A model generated the notes under the pieces. The model ran no database searches, had not been told where the DNA came from, and saw only the letters and a list, made by a program, of their open reading frames with translations. From contig NC_043025.1 of the NCBI RefSeq assembly GCF_006345805.1, positions 3,844,001 through 3,908,000 of the forward strand: a stretch of DNA of 64,000 nucleotides, given 5' to 3'. The DNA comes from Octopus sinensis (Eukaryota). The stretch's first letter is position 1. The number at the start of each line of letters is the position of its first letter. The position numbers were made by a program, and so were the translations under genes. Positions 1-13,513 of the stretch are shown piece after piece.

Positions 1-50
1 AGAGAGAGTAAAAGAGAAGATATATATATAAATATATATGCATATATAAG

Positions 51-1951
51 CATCACTGATGCCATATTTCTGGTGAGACAGCTGCAGGAGAAATACCTAG
101 CCAAAGATAAAACTCTGTACCTGGCTTTCGTTGACTTGGAGAAGGCCTTTGACAGGGTCCCCCAATCCCTTATCTGGTGGTCAATGAGGAAACTAGGGAT
201 AGATGAATGGTTAGTGAGAGCTGGGCGTGCCATGTACAGGGACGTTGTTAGTAAGGTGAGTGTTGGCAACGAGTACACTGAAGAATTCCGGGTGGAGGTT
301 GGGGTCCACCAAGGCTCAGTCCTCATCCCCCTCCTATTTATCATAGTCCTCCAGGCAATAACGGAGGAATTCAAGACAGGATGCCCCTGGGAGCACCTCT
401 ATGCTGACGACCTTGCTCTAATTGCTGAGTCACTATCAAAACTGGAGGAGAAGTTTCAGGTGTGGAAGCAAGGATTAGAATCGAAGGGCCTTAGAGTCAA
501 TCTAGCTAAAACCAAAGTCCTAATATGTAGGAAGGTAGACAAATCACAAACGCCTTCAGGTAGATGGCACTGCTCGATCTGTAGAAAAGGCGTAGGTAGG
601 ACTCTATAAGATGCACCAAGTGTAAGCTATGGACACATAAGAGGTGCAGCAATGTCAAAGGAAGGCTAACTAGGAAGATAGTTTTTGTATGTGGCAGATG
701 CTCTGGTTCAATAAAGACTGAAAATGCGCAGAGACCATCTTCTGCCACATTCCAGGGAGAAAAACTTGAAATAGTTGATAGTTTCCGTTACGTAGGTGAC
801 CAAGTCAATAGCGGGGGTGGGTGTGCCGAAAGTGTAACTGCTAGAGTAAGAATAGCCTGGGCAAAGTTCAGAGAGCTCTTACCTCTGCTGGTGACAAAAG
901 GCCTCTCACTCAGAGTAAAAGTCAGACTGTATGACGCATGTGTGCGAACAGCCATTCTACATGGCAGTGAAACATGGGCTGTGACTGCTGAGGATATGCG
1001 TAAGCTCACAAGAAATGAAGCCAGTATGCTCTGTTGGATGTGTAATGTCAGTGTTCATACCCGACAGAGTGTAAGTGCCTTGAGAGAAAAGTTGGACCTA
1101 AGAAGCATCAGATGTGGTGTGAAAGAGAGGCGTTTGCGCTGGTATGGTAATGTGGCGAGAATGGATGAAGATAGTTGTGTGAAAAAGTGCCACACCCTAG
1201 CGGTTGAGGGAACCTGTGGAAGGGGTAGACCCAGGAAAACCTGGGACGAGGTGGTGAAGAACGACCTTTGCGCTTTAGGTCTCACCGAGGAAATGACCTG
1301 AGACCGAGACCATTGGAAGTATACTGTGCGCGAGAAGACCTGGCAGGACACGTGAGGCCATAACCCATGGCCCCTACCTGGGACGTAGTCAGTCCACCTG
1401 TGCATACCTTCCTTCTTGGGACACTTGTGAGACCTGTTGAGGCAAGTGAAAATCAAATCAAATCAAAATCGATGAACATCATGGAATTTGTATTTTTGTG
1501 GTACCAGTGCCGGTGGCACATAAGAAATCCATCTGAACGTTGCCGTAGCCAGTAACGCATCGGCTGACCTCCGTGCTGTGGGCATGTAACAAACACCATC
1601 CGCTCGTGGCTGTGCCAGCCATGCCTGGCCTCCGTGCCGGTGGCACGTAAAAAACACCATCCGAGTGTGGCCGTTTGCCAACCTCGTCTGGCCCCTGTGT
1701 CGGTGGCACATAAAGAATAAAAAAAACACCATCCGAGCGTGGCCATTCGCCAGCCTTGTCTGGCACCTGTGTCGCTGGCACATAAAAAGCACCCACTACA
1801 CTCACGGAGTGGTTGGCGTTAGGAAGGGCATCCAGCTGTAGAAGCACAGCCAGATCTGACTGGCCTGGTGCAGCATTCGGTCTTCCCAGACCCCAGTTGA
1901 ACCGTCCAACCCATGCTACCATGGATAGCGGACGTTAAACGATGATGATGA
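51..1951 (+). mobile_element. RTE-clade LINE, 5'-truncated and frameshifted, with 3' UTR and (GAT)n tail
   Basis: RT motifs AFVDLEKAFDRVP, GVHQGSVL.PLLF and YADD; C-terminal LHGSETW, RLRWYG and GRGRPRKTW. The 3' UTR has about 62-bp repeats and ends in gatgatgatg. Confidence 0.92.
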
Positions 1952-1965
1952 TGTATATATATATA

Positions 1966-2000
<35 letters not shown>

Positions 2001-2028
2001 AATATATATGTATACACACACACACACA

Positions 2029-4263
2029 GGAGAGAAATGTGTCCGCATGGATGATGGTGCACTTGCTTTTAATGATTCTGAAAAGAAAGAGGCTTGGGGA
2101 AGCCATTATGAAAGGCAACTGAACGTGGAGAATGAATGGGAGGAGGAGAGCCTGCCAAATGTTGACCCAGTAGAGGGACCAGCTATCCGAATAGATAGCT
2201 CCCTAGTAGTTAAAGCAATTAAGGGTATGAAACCAGGAAAAGCCCCCGGCCCATCTGGAATCACTGCTGAGATGCTTAAAGCATCTGGTGGTGTGGGCTA
2301 CGGCCTAGTCACCCACATTGTAAACCTGGTAGTTCATAATGGAGTCATACCCAATGACTGGCGTAGCAGCACCATAGTCAACTGCTACAAGGGTAAAGGT
2401 GATGCTCTAGATAGAAATAACTACAGGGGTATTAAACTGCTGGATCTGGTGATGAAAGTCACAGAGAGGGTCATAGCACATCTCATAAGGTAGAGAGCCT
2501 GCTTAGATGAGATGCAGTTTGGTTTTGTGCTGGGTAGAAGCACCACTGATGCCATATTCCTGGTTTGACAACTGCAGGAGAAATACCTGGCTAAAGATAA
2601 ACACCTCTACATAGCTTTTGTGGACTTAGAGAAAGCCTTTGACAGGGTCCCCCCAATCCCTTATCTGGTGGGCGATGCGGAAACTGGAGATTGACGAATG
2701 GTTAATAAGGGCTGTACAGGCCCTATACAGAGAGGCCGTTAGTAAAGTTAGGATTGGCAATGAGTATAGTGAGGAATTCAGGATAGAGTTAGGGGTCCAC
2801 CAAGGTTCAGCCCTCAGTCCCCTTTTATTCATCATAGTCCTCCAGGCAATAACAGAGGAATTTAAGACGGGTTGTCCCTGGGAGCTCCTCTATGCTGATG
2901 ACCTGGCCCTCATAGCAAAATCACTACCCAAGAAATTTCGAGGGTGGAAGCTAGGTTTAGAATCAAAAGGCCTTAGAGTCAATGTAGCAAAGACCAATGT
3001 TCTAGTAAGTAGGAAGACAAACACACCACACACCCTTCTGGTAGGTGACCCTGCTCGATCTGTAGAAAAGGTGTAGGTAGAAACTCCATAAGATGTACCC
3101 AGTGTAAGCTAGGGACACATAAGAGGTGCAGCACCATCAAAGGAAAATTGACCGAGAAGATAGCTTTTGTGTGCAGCAGATGAACAGAGGCAATAGACAC
3201 CACAGATACTCAGAAAACAGATTCCATTGCTCTCCTAGGGGCGAAACTAGCAGTAGTTGATAGTTTCTGCTACCTAGGTGACCAAGTTAGTAGTGAGGGT
3301 TGATGCTCAGAGAGTGTTACCACTAGAATAAGAATAGCCTGGGCAAAGTTTAGAAAGCTTCTACTCCTACTGGCAATAAAGGGTCTCTCATTCAGAGTGA
3401 AAGGTAGATTGTATGACGCATGTGTGCAAACTGCCATGCTTCACGGCAGTGAAACATGGACCATGATTTCAGAGGACATGCGTAGGCTTGAAAGAAATGA
3501 AGCTAGCATGATTCGCTGGATGTGTAATGTCAGTGTGCACACACGACAGAATGTAAGTGCCCTGAGAGAAATGCTGGGCATAAGAAGCATTGGATATGGC
3601 GTGCAAGAGAGACGTCTGCACTGGTATGGTCATGTACTGCGGATGGATGAGGAGAGATGTGTGAAGAAGTGCCACTCCCAAACAGTTGAAGGAATCCGGG
3701 GTAGAGGTAGACCCAAGAAGACACGGGATGAGGTGGTCAAGCATGACCTTTGAACATTGGGTCTCACAGAGGCAATGACGGAAGACTGAGACCTCTGGAG
3801 ATATGCTGTGACTTCGAAGACCCGAGAAATAATGTGAGGTCATGGCTGTTTTCTGCACCAGCTTCACATAGAAGCCCCAGCCCTTCCAAAGTGCCTTGGA
3901 TCGTAGGGCGACCTGCTGTGCTTGAGGAAACCTATTGAGTCAAGTACACCAGCATCTAAAATCAAATGGAAATTGTGGTTGCGATACCTGTGCCGGTGGC
4001 ATGTGAAATGCACCATCCATACGTGGCCAATGCCAGCGCCGCCTTGACTGGCTTCCGTGCTGGTGGAACGTAAAAAGCACCAACCAATTGTGGCCGTTGC
4101 CAGTCTCTCCTGCCACCTGTGCCGGTCGCACGTAAAAAGCACCCACTACACTCACAGAGTGGTTGGCGTTAGGAAGGGCATCCAGCTGTAGAAACACTGC
4201 CAGATCAGACTGGAGCCTGGTGCAGCCTCCTGGAAAACGGACGTTAAACGATGATGATGATGA

Positions 4264-4266
<3 letters not shown>
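2029..4266 (+). mobile_element. RTE-clade LINE remnant (copy B)
   Basis: GKAPGPSGITAEML, YKGKGDALDRNNYRGIKLL, YADD and GRGRPKKT, with several stops and frameshifts; (GAT)n tail. Confidence 0.92.
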
Positions 4267-4305
<39 letters not shown>

Positions 4306-4615
4306 TATTAGAGAGTTAACCACTATGTGGATAACTCTAGTGCTAAAAATAGCTCCGAAGCAACCACAGAAGATCGTTTTCCAACTAGAATCAACATACA
4401 TTTAACGGAAGGAAAGTGAAATACAACGATATAAATAAAATAGAACAGATCTTCTGTGGTTGCTTCGGAGCTATTTTTAGCACTAGAGTTATCCACATAG
4501 TGGTTAACTCTCTAATAATTTATGTATAAATTTGTATTTTCTTCGTAGTTTTTGTGCTAAGCCACTCGGTGTTAAATTAATGGTATTATTAATTAATATC
4601 GATTTTCACCTCATT

Positions 4616-4667
<52 letters not shown>

Positions 4668-4685
4668 TTATATATAATATATTAG

Positions 4686-4800
<115 letters not shown>

Positions 4801-5839
4801 TATATATATATATATACATTTATATATATACAAGGCGAGCTGGCAGAAATGTTGGCATGCCAGGCAAAACGCTTAGTGTTATTTCCTCTGTCTTTACGTT
4901 CTGAGTTCAAATTCTGCCAAAGTCAACTTTGCCTTTCATCCTTTTCGCGTTGATAAATTAAGTACCGGTTGTCTAATCAATTGGCCCACTTCCCCCAAAT
5001 TTCAGGCCTTGTGCCTAGAGTAGAAAAAAAAAATATATATACATACACATGCACAGACATATACATAATGGGCTTCTTTTAGTTTCCATCTACCATGTCT
5101 ACTCTGAAATGTTTGGCTGGACTGAGGCTATTGTAGAAGACAAGTTCCATAAAGTGGAATTGATCCCAAGACCACATGCTTAGGAATCAAGTTTATCAAC
5201 CACATGGCTACACCTGTGACTATATTGAAGAAAGAATCCTGCCCATAACTTGCAAAATCTATGTGGCCATTCCATTCTTGGTCTACCTCGTCAGGTCTCC
5301 TGCCAGTTGGCTCAGCTTGAAGTGTCCATCTTGCGATTCCTTCCTGTCACATTCTAACCTCGCATCTGTAGAACCAGAGCTGTGACCTCTCAATGCACAG
5401 AAGTGGTGGATCAACCTGGAGAGACTTCCTGAGACTATGGATGTTATCCAACCACTTAGTTCTTGGTCTACCCCAGGTCTCTTGTCAGTGGGCTGGGTTT
5501 GAGAATCTGTCCTACGAATCCTTCCTGTGACATTCTAATCACAAAGTAACAGCTTGACCTGGAGAGAGACACCCTAAAACTATGGAGATTTCTGTTGATA
5601 GTGTACAGACCTACAATGAAAAGGCATTCCAACCACGACCATCTCATATTATCAAATGTGTTACTTAATGTACTTTCCCTTTCTTATTTTAAAGATGGAT
5701 AAGTGTGATTTGTGGAAGATTTGGCTGCTATTTCTTCCAGGTCTAGCTATCATTTAGAGGTCTCCCTCATTGGCCCAGACATTAGACTAGGTTGTTATTT
5801 GAGGGAGATTTGATTGCTATTTCTAGCAGGTCTTGCTAC

Positions 5840-6031
5840 AATGTAGAAGTCTCCCTCATTGACTCATACATACATACATTGGCTCATACATACATATATA
5901 CATGCCTTGGCTCATACATACATATATACATACATAAGACAGTAGTGTGTGATTTGAGGGAGATTGGCTGCTATTTCTACCAAGTATTGCTACCATGTAG
6001 AGGTATCCTTCACTGGCTCATACATACATAT

Positions 6032-6062
<31 letters not shown>

Positions 6063-6273
6063 CATACATAAGACAGTAGGGTGTGATTTGAGGGAGATTT
6101 GGCTGCTATTTCTACCAGATCTAGCTACCATGTAGAGGTCTCCCTCATTGGCTCATACATACATATATACATACATAAGAGAGTAGTGTGTGATTTGAGG
6201 GAGATTGGCTGCTATTTCTACCAGGTATAGCTACCATGTAGAGGTATCCTTCACTGGCTCATACATACATATA

Positions 6274-6307
<34 letters not shown>

Positions 6308-7260
6308 CATACATAAGAGAGGAGAGTGTGATTTGAGGGAGATTCGGTTGCTTTTTCTACCACGTCTAACTACCATATAGCGGTCTCCTTCATTGGCTCA
6401 TACATACATATATACATACATAAGACAGTAGGGTGTGATTTGAGGGAGATTTGGCTGCTATTTCTACCAGATCTAGCTACCATGTAGTGGTCTCCCTCAT
6501 TGGCTCATACATACATATATACATACATAAGAGAGTAGGGTGTGATTTGAGGGAGATTTGGCTGCTATTTCTACCAGATCTAGCTACCATGTAGATGTCT
6601 CTCTCATTGGCTCATACATACATATATACATAGATAAGAGAGTAGGGTGTGATTTGAGGGAGATTTGGCTGCTATTTCTACCAGATCTAGTTACCATGTA
6701 GATGTCTCTCTCATTGGCTCATACATACATATATACATAGATAAGAGAGTAGGGTGTGATTTGAGGTAGATTTGGCTGCTATTTCTAGCAGGTCTAGCTA
6801 CCATGTAGAGGTCTCCCTCATTGGCTCATACATACATATATACATACATAAGAGAGTAGGGTGTGATTTGAGGGAGATTTGGCTGCTATTTCTACCAGAT
6901 CTAGCTACCATGTAGATGTCTCTCTCATTGGCTCATACATACATATATACATAGATAAGAGAGTAGGGTGTGATTTGAGGGAGATTTGGCTGCTATTTCT
7001 ACCAGGTCTAGCTACCATGTAGAGGTCTCCCTCATTGGCTCATACATACATATATACATACATAAGAGAGTAGGGTGTGATTTGAGGGAGATTTGGCTGC
7101 TATTTCTACCAGATCTAGCTACCATGTAGATGTCTCTCTCATTGGCTCATACATACATATATACATACATAAGAGAGTAGGGTGTGATTTGAGGGAGATT
7201 TGGCTGCTATTTCTACCAGGTCTAGCTACCATGTAGAGGTCTCCCTCATTGGCTCATACA
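5840..7260. repeat. Minisatellite, about 107-bp unit, about 13 copies
   Basis: Unit gtagggtgtgatttgagggagatttggctgctatttctaccagatctagctaccatgtagaggtctccctcattggctcatacatac... Confidence 0.95.
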
Positions 7261-7302
7261 TATATGAATATAATAAAAGATTTTGTATGGTTCTTGTTAC
7301 AG

Positions 7303-7541
7303 GTTAAGTTGCAAGATCAACTATTTCATCAGTGAAGCCCTCTATGTCCCAGAAGAGGACCTTATTAACAAAAAGAGGGTCACCTTAATCACCATCACAC
7401 TAGAACCTTCAAGCTGGTCCTCATCCCCGGCACCACCAGCTTCCGACACAACCACTCTTTATTGTTCCAGAGAACCCACAGTGACAGGAACAGCAGCAGA
7501 CTCTCCACATGTGGCAGCAGTTGGACAGCCCTTTCCTGAAG
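7303..7541 (+). CDS. C5orf22: Internal exon of UPF0489/C5orf22-like gene (first exon visible in window)
   Basis: Acceptor ttgttacag|G and donor GAAG|gtatgg; phase 2 in, phase 1 out. Reads LSCKINYFISEALYVPEEDLINKKRVTL, resembling the YF.S..LYVPE..L.N segment recalled from C5orf22. Confidence 0.85.
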
Positions 7542-7599
7542 GTATGGCACATCTTAATCTTCTGCCATTAAAACCAACCGAAACTAACTTTATCTTCAA

Positions 7600-7906
7600 C
7601 TAGCAGTATCGCCCGGCGTTGCTCGGGTTTGTAAGGGAAATAACTATATAAGCATTTTTAGAGAGTTACTTCTCTTATATAACCCGAGCAAAAATCATTA
7701 AAAATGCGGAAAAATGATGGTAAATTTTTTTTTAAATCGTAGACTCATCGTAGACGCGCGCTAATACGTAGAAGGGCTCGATGTGAATGACGACTATAAG
7801 ATACCCGCTTTTGGTTAAACTGCACCGCAAAATGTGGAAGTAGTTAGGAATCTAAATCGGAGGAGACAGAGTCTCACACACACAACTTCAATTTTATATA
7901 TAAAGA
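7600..7906 (-). mobile_element. Non-autonomous Helitron, complete
   Basis: Minus strand 5' TC, subterminal GC-rich hairpin (cccgagcaacgccggg), 3' CTAG, inserted between A and T. Confidence 0.8.
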
Positions 7907-8269
7907 TTTTTGTGGGGTTAATAGAATAATTTGCACTCCATTGGTTATGAAGTTAAGGGTTCCAGTGAATATGGTCAACAGAAAAGCCACCTCATGAAAT
8001 TAATGTGCAAGTGGCTGAGTACTCCTCAGACACTCATACTCTTAACGTAGTTCTGAAGGAGATTCAACTTGACACAGAATGTCACAGGGCTGGCCCATTT
8101 GATTTCAGGTAGAATTCATTTTTGTCAGCTCTATGGACTGGAGCAATGTGGAATAAAGTGTCTTGCTCAAGGACACAACACATTGCCAGGAATTGAACTC
8201 ACGGCCTTACGATCATGAGCTGAATACCCTAAGCTCTAAGCCACGCATCTTCATGTGAATTGATAAAAT

Positions 8270-9190
8270 AGTGTAGCAGTGAAATTCAGGAATAGATTTA
8301 ATATTTCTATAAAACTTCTGAGATGCAAAGGGAATTATAATAGAAGACAAACACTAACTTTACCTTTCATTGTTGTGGGGTGGATAAAATAATGTAGCAG
8401 TGAAATTCTGGGGTAGATTTAATGTTGCTCTAAAACTTCTGAGATGCAAACGAAATTATAATAGAAGACTAACACTAACTTTACCTTTCATTGCTGTGGG
8501 GTGGAGAAAATAAAGTAGCAGTGAACTACTGGGGTAGATTTAATATTCCTATAAAACATCTGAGATGCCAAGGGAATTATAATAGAAGACTAACACTAAC
8601 TTTACCTTTCATTGTTGTGGGGTGTATAAAATAAAGTAGCAGTGAAATTCTGGGGTAGATTTAATATTCCTCTAAAGCATCTGAGATGCCAAGGGAATTA
8701 TAATAGAAGACTAACACTAACTTTACCTTTCATTGTTGTAGGGTGGATAAAATAAAGTAGCAGTGAAATTCTGGGGTAGATTTAATATTCCTATAAAACT
8801 TCTGAGATGCCAAGGGAATTATAATAGAAGACTAACACTAACTTTACCTTTCATTGTTGTGGGGTGTATAAAATAAAGTAGCAGTGAAATTCTGGGGTAG
8901 ATTTAATATTCCTCTAAAGCATCTGAGATGCCAAGGGAATTATAATAGAAGACTAACACTAACTTTACCTTTCATTGTTGTGGGGTGGATAAAATAAAGT
9001 AGCAGTGAAATTCTGGGGTAGATTTAATATTCTTCTAAAGCATCTGAGATGCCAAGGGAATTATAATAGAAGACTAACACTAATTTTACCTTTCATTGTT
9101 GTGGGGTGTATAAAATAAAGTAGCAGTGAAATTCTGGGGTAGATTTAATATTCCTATAAAACTTCTGAAATATCAATTGGATTATAATAG
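8270..9190. repeat. Minisatellite, about 121-bp unit, 7-8 copies
   Basis: Unit tagaagactaacactaactttacctttcattgttgtggggt...ctgagatgccaagggaattataa. Confidence 0.95.
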
Positions 9191-9672
9191 AAAATTGCTG
9201 CTCTGTTTCATCTTTGTGGTGTTGAGGTATCTGTGTGCCCTCAAAATTGGTGACGAGAGAGACCAGGAACAGAAGACGGAGGTAGGTCTGAGACGGAAGT
9301 AGCAATGAATGGTGTGAATGGTAGACAAAGGTGAAAGTATGTTGAAGAATAAATATGTGTTTGTGTGTGTGTGTTGTGTGTGTGTGTGCATAGTTGTCTT
9401 GACATCATGTAGAATCTGTAAATGAGTGTCACTGTCATACAAGCAGTGTCCTTTGTTTCCGATCTTCTGTGAAAATGTGTCTGGCCATGGGAGAAATATT
9501 ACCTTACATGCAAACAAGTGAGGGTTGGTGGCAGGGAAGGCACCTGTCCATGGAAAGTCTGCCTCACCAAATTCCCTCTGATCCATGCTTCTATGTACAA
9601 GTAGACATTGAAACAATGATGATGACAATGCCCACAGATTAATAATTACATCATATTCACACTTTATTCCAG

Positions 9673-10148
9673 ACTGCCACATTTCAGCACCGAACCTTCT
9701 CAAAGACTCCAAAACAGAACTCACACAGAAATCTAGTGATAATTCGGCCACAAGCTCAAACTCCAATCTGACATCAGAAGATCAGGATTGCCAACACCAC
9801 CACAATGACAACAATAATCATCATCAAACGATTGCAAACATGGGCATGATGCCAGCCAAAATTGAACCCGGACCTTCACCATTGAAAAAACCATGTTTGT
9901 CATCTCTAAAACTAGTTGAGGATATGACAAAGAGCTGTCTCCCAGACCAAGTGCATGATGAAGCTTTGGGTTTGAGATTAAAATCTGTGTTTTCTTCCAT
10001 AGCAAATCTTGGAGAAGGTTTAATCCTGGATATTGACTTGGATTTTTATTCAACAAAAAATCCGTTCTTGGAGATGTTTACCGATAAGCAATACCAAATG
10101 TTGAAGGAATTGTACCATTTCACAGAACCAGCATCTGATTCAGAACAG
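9673..10148 (+). CDS. C5orf22: Internal exon of UPF0489/C5orf22-like gene
   Basis: Acceptor ttattccag|AC (an in-phase alternative AG would start the exon at 9688) and donor CAG|gtgagt. Open frame with LILDIDLDFYSTKNPFLEMFTDKQYQMLKELYHF, the family LDIDLDFFS..NPF motif. Phase 1 in, 0 out. Confidence 0.93.
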
Positions 10149-10164
10149 GTGAGTCTATACATAT

Positions 10165-11438
10165 TGTTACGGTTGGCTGGGTGCATTTCAGGTTTAATTA
10201 GTGTAGTGTTTCTGGTGACCCACATAGGAATAATGGTTCCAGTATGTCTGGTGAAAAGTGACGGGTCCTTTGTCTAGTGGGAGATTAATGAGACCTTTCT
10301 GACCTTGTGCGGTCGATTGGAGGTCATTCTGAGCACCCCTTGAAGAAGTGAAAGAGGAAGACAGATTAAGGGAATCTAAGAACAGATGGAGAGGGGTATT
10401 GACAGTAAGAGAAAAGGGACAGATAGAGAGGAAGTCTGGCAGGCGATAGCGATAGAGTAAGAGCAGAGGGCAATAGAAAGGATAAGCAGTAAGGGACAGA
10501 TTGAGGATATAGATAGAGTATAAGGACCAGGGCAGTTGAGAGGGTATGAGCGTACAGAGGGAGATGAGGGAGTGGAAGAAGCACAGAGACGAAGTGAGGT
10601 CTTGCAGTCGTTGAGCGGTCGTCGAAGAACACAGACGGATCTGGCAGTCGCTGGCCGGTCCTCGATGAAGACAGACGGACTCTGGAGGTCAGAGCGAGTG
10701 GATGGAACCTTGGATTTAAGGAGCAAGCGTTGGAATTCCTGGGAGCGAGCTGGGATGCGAGGAGGCCTAGGAGCAAGCGATTGGAATATGCACAGAGGGG
10801 AATTAGCAGAGTATTCAGAGGATTTAGCAGTATTAAGAGATGAGAGGAATGGGACACTGGCAGATTCAGTTAGGAATTGAGGTATGTGTTTGTGCATTGA
10901 TATGTGTCACGGTGTAAAGAACAGTGGTGTTTAAAAGAACAGTCAAGGACTCTGTCGATGTGGTCGATAAAGAACATTGTGAATTGAGTAAAGGACTTGT
11001 TGAATTGTAACGTGAATTGTTGTGATACGAACATTGTATAATGGATCGAAGTGTTCTGATTGGACTGTGACGTATCGTGAACATTATTTGATCTGGACTT
11101 GTTGTGTCGTTACTGAACACTGTTATATTGTTACATGCATGTTGTTAAATGCTTTGATCTGTGGTATACCGTATGATGTATTGATTTGTTGTTTGCCTTA
11201 AATGTATTTGTTGTGTAGCAATTGTAATTGTTGTATAAACTGTTGTTTGAATATAAGCCAGTGTTACCAGTTGTTGCCTTGCCTCTTTGGGTTGTATCTC
11301 GGGTTGTGCCTCTGTACCTCTGTGCTGCTGAGGTTGTGGTTGTTGTTGTATCTCCTCTCCTCTCTCCGCCTCTTTGGGCTCCGTGGCGGAACTTGTGTGT
11401 GCCGTTCGGGACGAGCGACGACGGGTGATTCCGTAACA
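10165..11438. mobile_element. Probable solo LTR (Gypsy-like), 1274 bp
   Basis: Termini TGTTACGG...CCGTAACA (8-bp inverted, TG..CA) with 4-bp ATAT target duplication at 10161-10164 and 11439-11442; no convincing ORF. Confidence 0.72.
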
Positions 11439-11524
11439 ATATGATGTAATAACGAAGGAGAAGAGAACAATACTCTTTTACTTGTTTCAGTCATTTGACT
11501 GCGGCCATGCTGGAGCACCACCTT

Positions 11525-11959
11525 TCATCATCATCATTGTTCGACCGTGGTCGAGACAATGGAATTTACCATGCTACGCCAGACTTCACGGTCCATCATA
11601 GCATTACGGAGGTCCTGTTGCTGGATGCCTGTATCCCTGGAGATTACATCAGGGTAGGAGAGTGTGCGCCCTCTGGTATTGCGAGTAGATGGCTTCCGGA
11701 GGAGAAGAGTAGAAATTACCTCATTTTCAGCTCTACAACAATTCCAGCAAACTGGACTCTCCTACCTTCACAAGAGATGCCACAGGTGGTAGTTTCCCAT
11801 ATATTTGCATTTTGGTTGATGGCGCTTCCACGAGAGATTTTGAGCTCTCATAAGGAGGCGAGTGTAGGTTCCATCCAACCGCCTCTCAAGCTTCTTTGAT
11901 AATGTCCAGGTTTCTGAGCCATATAGTAGAATTGGTTCGACTGTGGCTTTGAAGATTTC
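11525..11959 (-). mobile_element. RTE-type LINE 3' fragment nested inside a SINE
   Basis: Minus strand IFKATVEPILLYGSETWTLSKKLERRLDGTYTRLL and a (GAT)n tail; it splits the SINE between gagcaccacctt and aaatcgacccc. A shorter copy of the same 3' end is at 39410-39570 (+). Confidence 0.75.
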
Positions 11960-13258
11960 AAATCGACCCCAGGACTTATTCTTTGTAAGCCTAGTACGGG
12001 CCCTTTTTTTTGCCGAACTGCTAAGTGATGGGGACGTAAACACACCAGCATCGGTTGTCAAGCAATGCTAAGGGGACAAACACAGACACACAAACACACA
12101 CACATACATATATATATATATATCGACAGGCTTCTTTCAGTTTCCGTCTACCAAATCCACTCACAAGGCATGGTCGGCCCGGGCTATAGTAGAAGACACT
12201 GCCCAAGGTGCCATGCAGTGGGACTGAACCCGGAACCATGTGGTTGGTTAGCAAGCTACTTACCACACAGCCACTCCTGTGGTAATTATGTTTTCGAAAC
12301 GCTTCTGTAATTAACCGCGGCTGAGTCGATTCATAATTTTCCCTTTCGCCTACATTCAAAAGTGTGTTGTTTTCTGGGAGGTTTTATGGGTCGTTAAAAA
12401 GACATTAGCATCTATTTCTAATTTAGTATGTGGCAAGGCAATTAGCAGTCCCCTTATTGAAATTATGTATATAATTATAGAATATTTCACATATATGTAT
12501 ATATGTATGTATGTATGTGTGTGTGTGTGTGTGTGTGTATGGATGTATGTGTGTGTGTATGTATGTATGTGTGTGTATGTATGTATGTACGTATGCTGTA
12601 TGTATGTATGTATGTATGTATGCATGTATGCATGCATGTATGCATGCATGTATGTATGTGTATTTATATAATATATATAAAATTATAATTTAGGGTATCT
12701 AAGAGATACCTCCACGCTGGAAATAGCAGCCAAATCGTGACTCTAAAACCACATTAAATGTTCATACAGCACTCGGAGAAAGACAAAAGGTCAAGATGGA
12801 CTAGCAACAAATTTTTTGATAGTCCATCTTGTCCTTTTGTCTCTCTCCGAGTGCTGATTGAACATTTAATGTGGTTTAGAGTCACGATTTGGCTGCTATT
12901 TCCAGCGTGGAGGTATCTCTTAGATACCCTAAATTATAGTTTTAATAATAATTATTACCTTTGAAGGCTTTTATTCCTATGCTGGCCACTTGATAAGATC
13001 GATAATTAACGATCTTATCCTTATTTATATAAACATCATCATCATCATCGTCGTTTAGCGTCCACTTTCCATGCTAGCATGGGTTGGACGGTTCGACTGG
13101 GTCTGGGAAGCCAGAAGACTGCACCAGGCTCCAGTCTGATCTGGCAGTGTTTCTACATTAAGAAGCTTCCATCATAGGAATCCATTATGCTAGAAAGAAC
13201 AGTTAAAGTCCAAACCACTAATTAGGGATAAATTCTCGAAGGAATGAATACATACATA

Positions 13259-13328
<70 letters not shown>

Positions 13329-13468
13329 TAAATGTATTTTTCCCTTGTTAACAATTAACACGGAAAATATATAAATAGTTACCATGGATTTATATGGATA
13401 ACACCATACAAAATTCTGGTGCATCTAACTTAAGTACCATATTCATTTGAATCTAAAGTTTGTTGAAC

Positions 13469-13513
<45 letters not shown>

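Noticed and set aside
5840-9190. Regular repeat arrays as CRISPR
   Set aside because: Units are contiguous with no unique spacers, there are no cas genes and the context is eukaryotic.
9675-9960. Ser/Asn/His-rich stretch as a novel domain in the C5orf22-like protein
   Set aside because: It lies in a linker I recall as variable in vertebrate homologues too; low complexity.
10366-10897. Overlapping ORFs of 114-173 aa as a gene or gag
   Set aside because: No recognisable motif; composition-biased sequence inside the LTR-like element.
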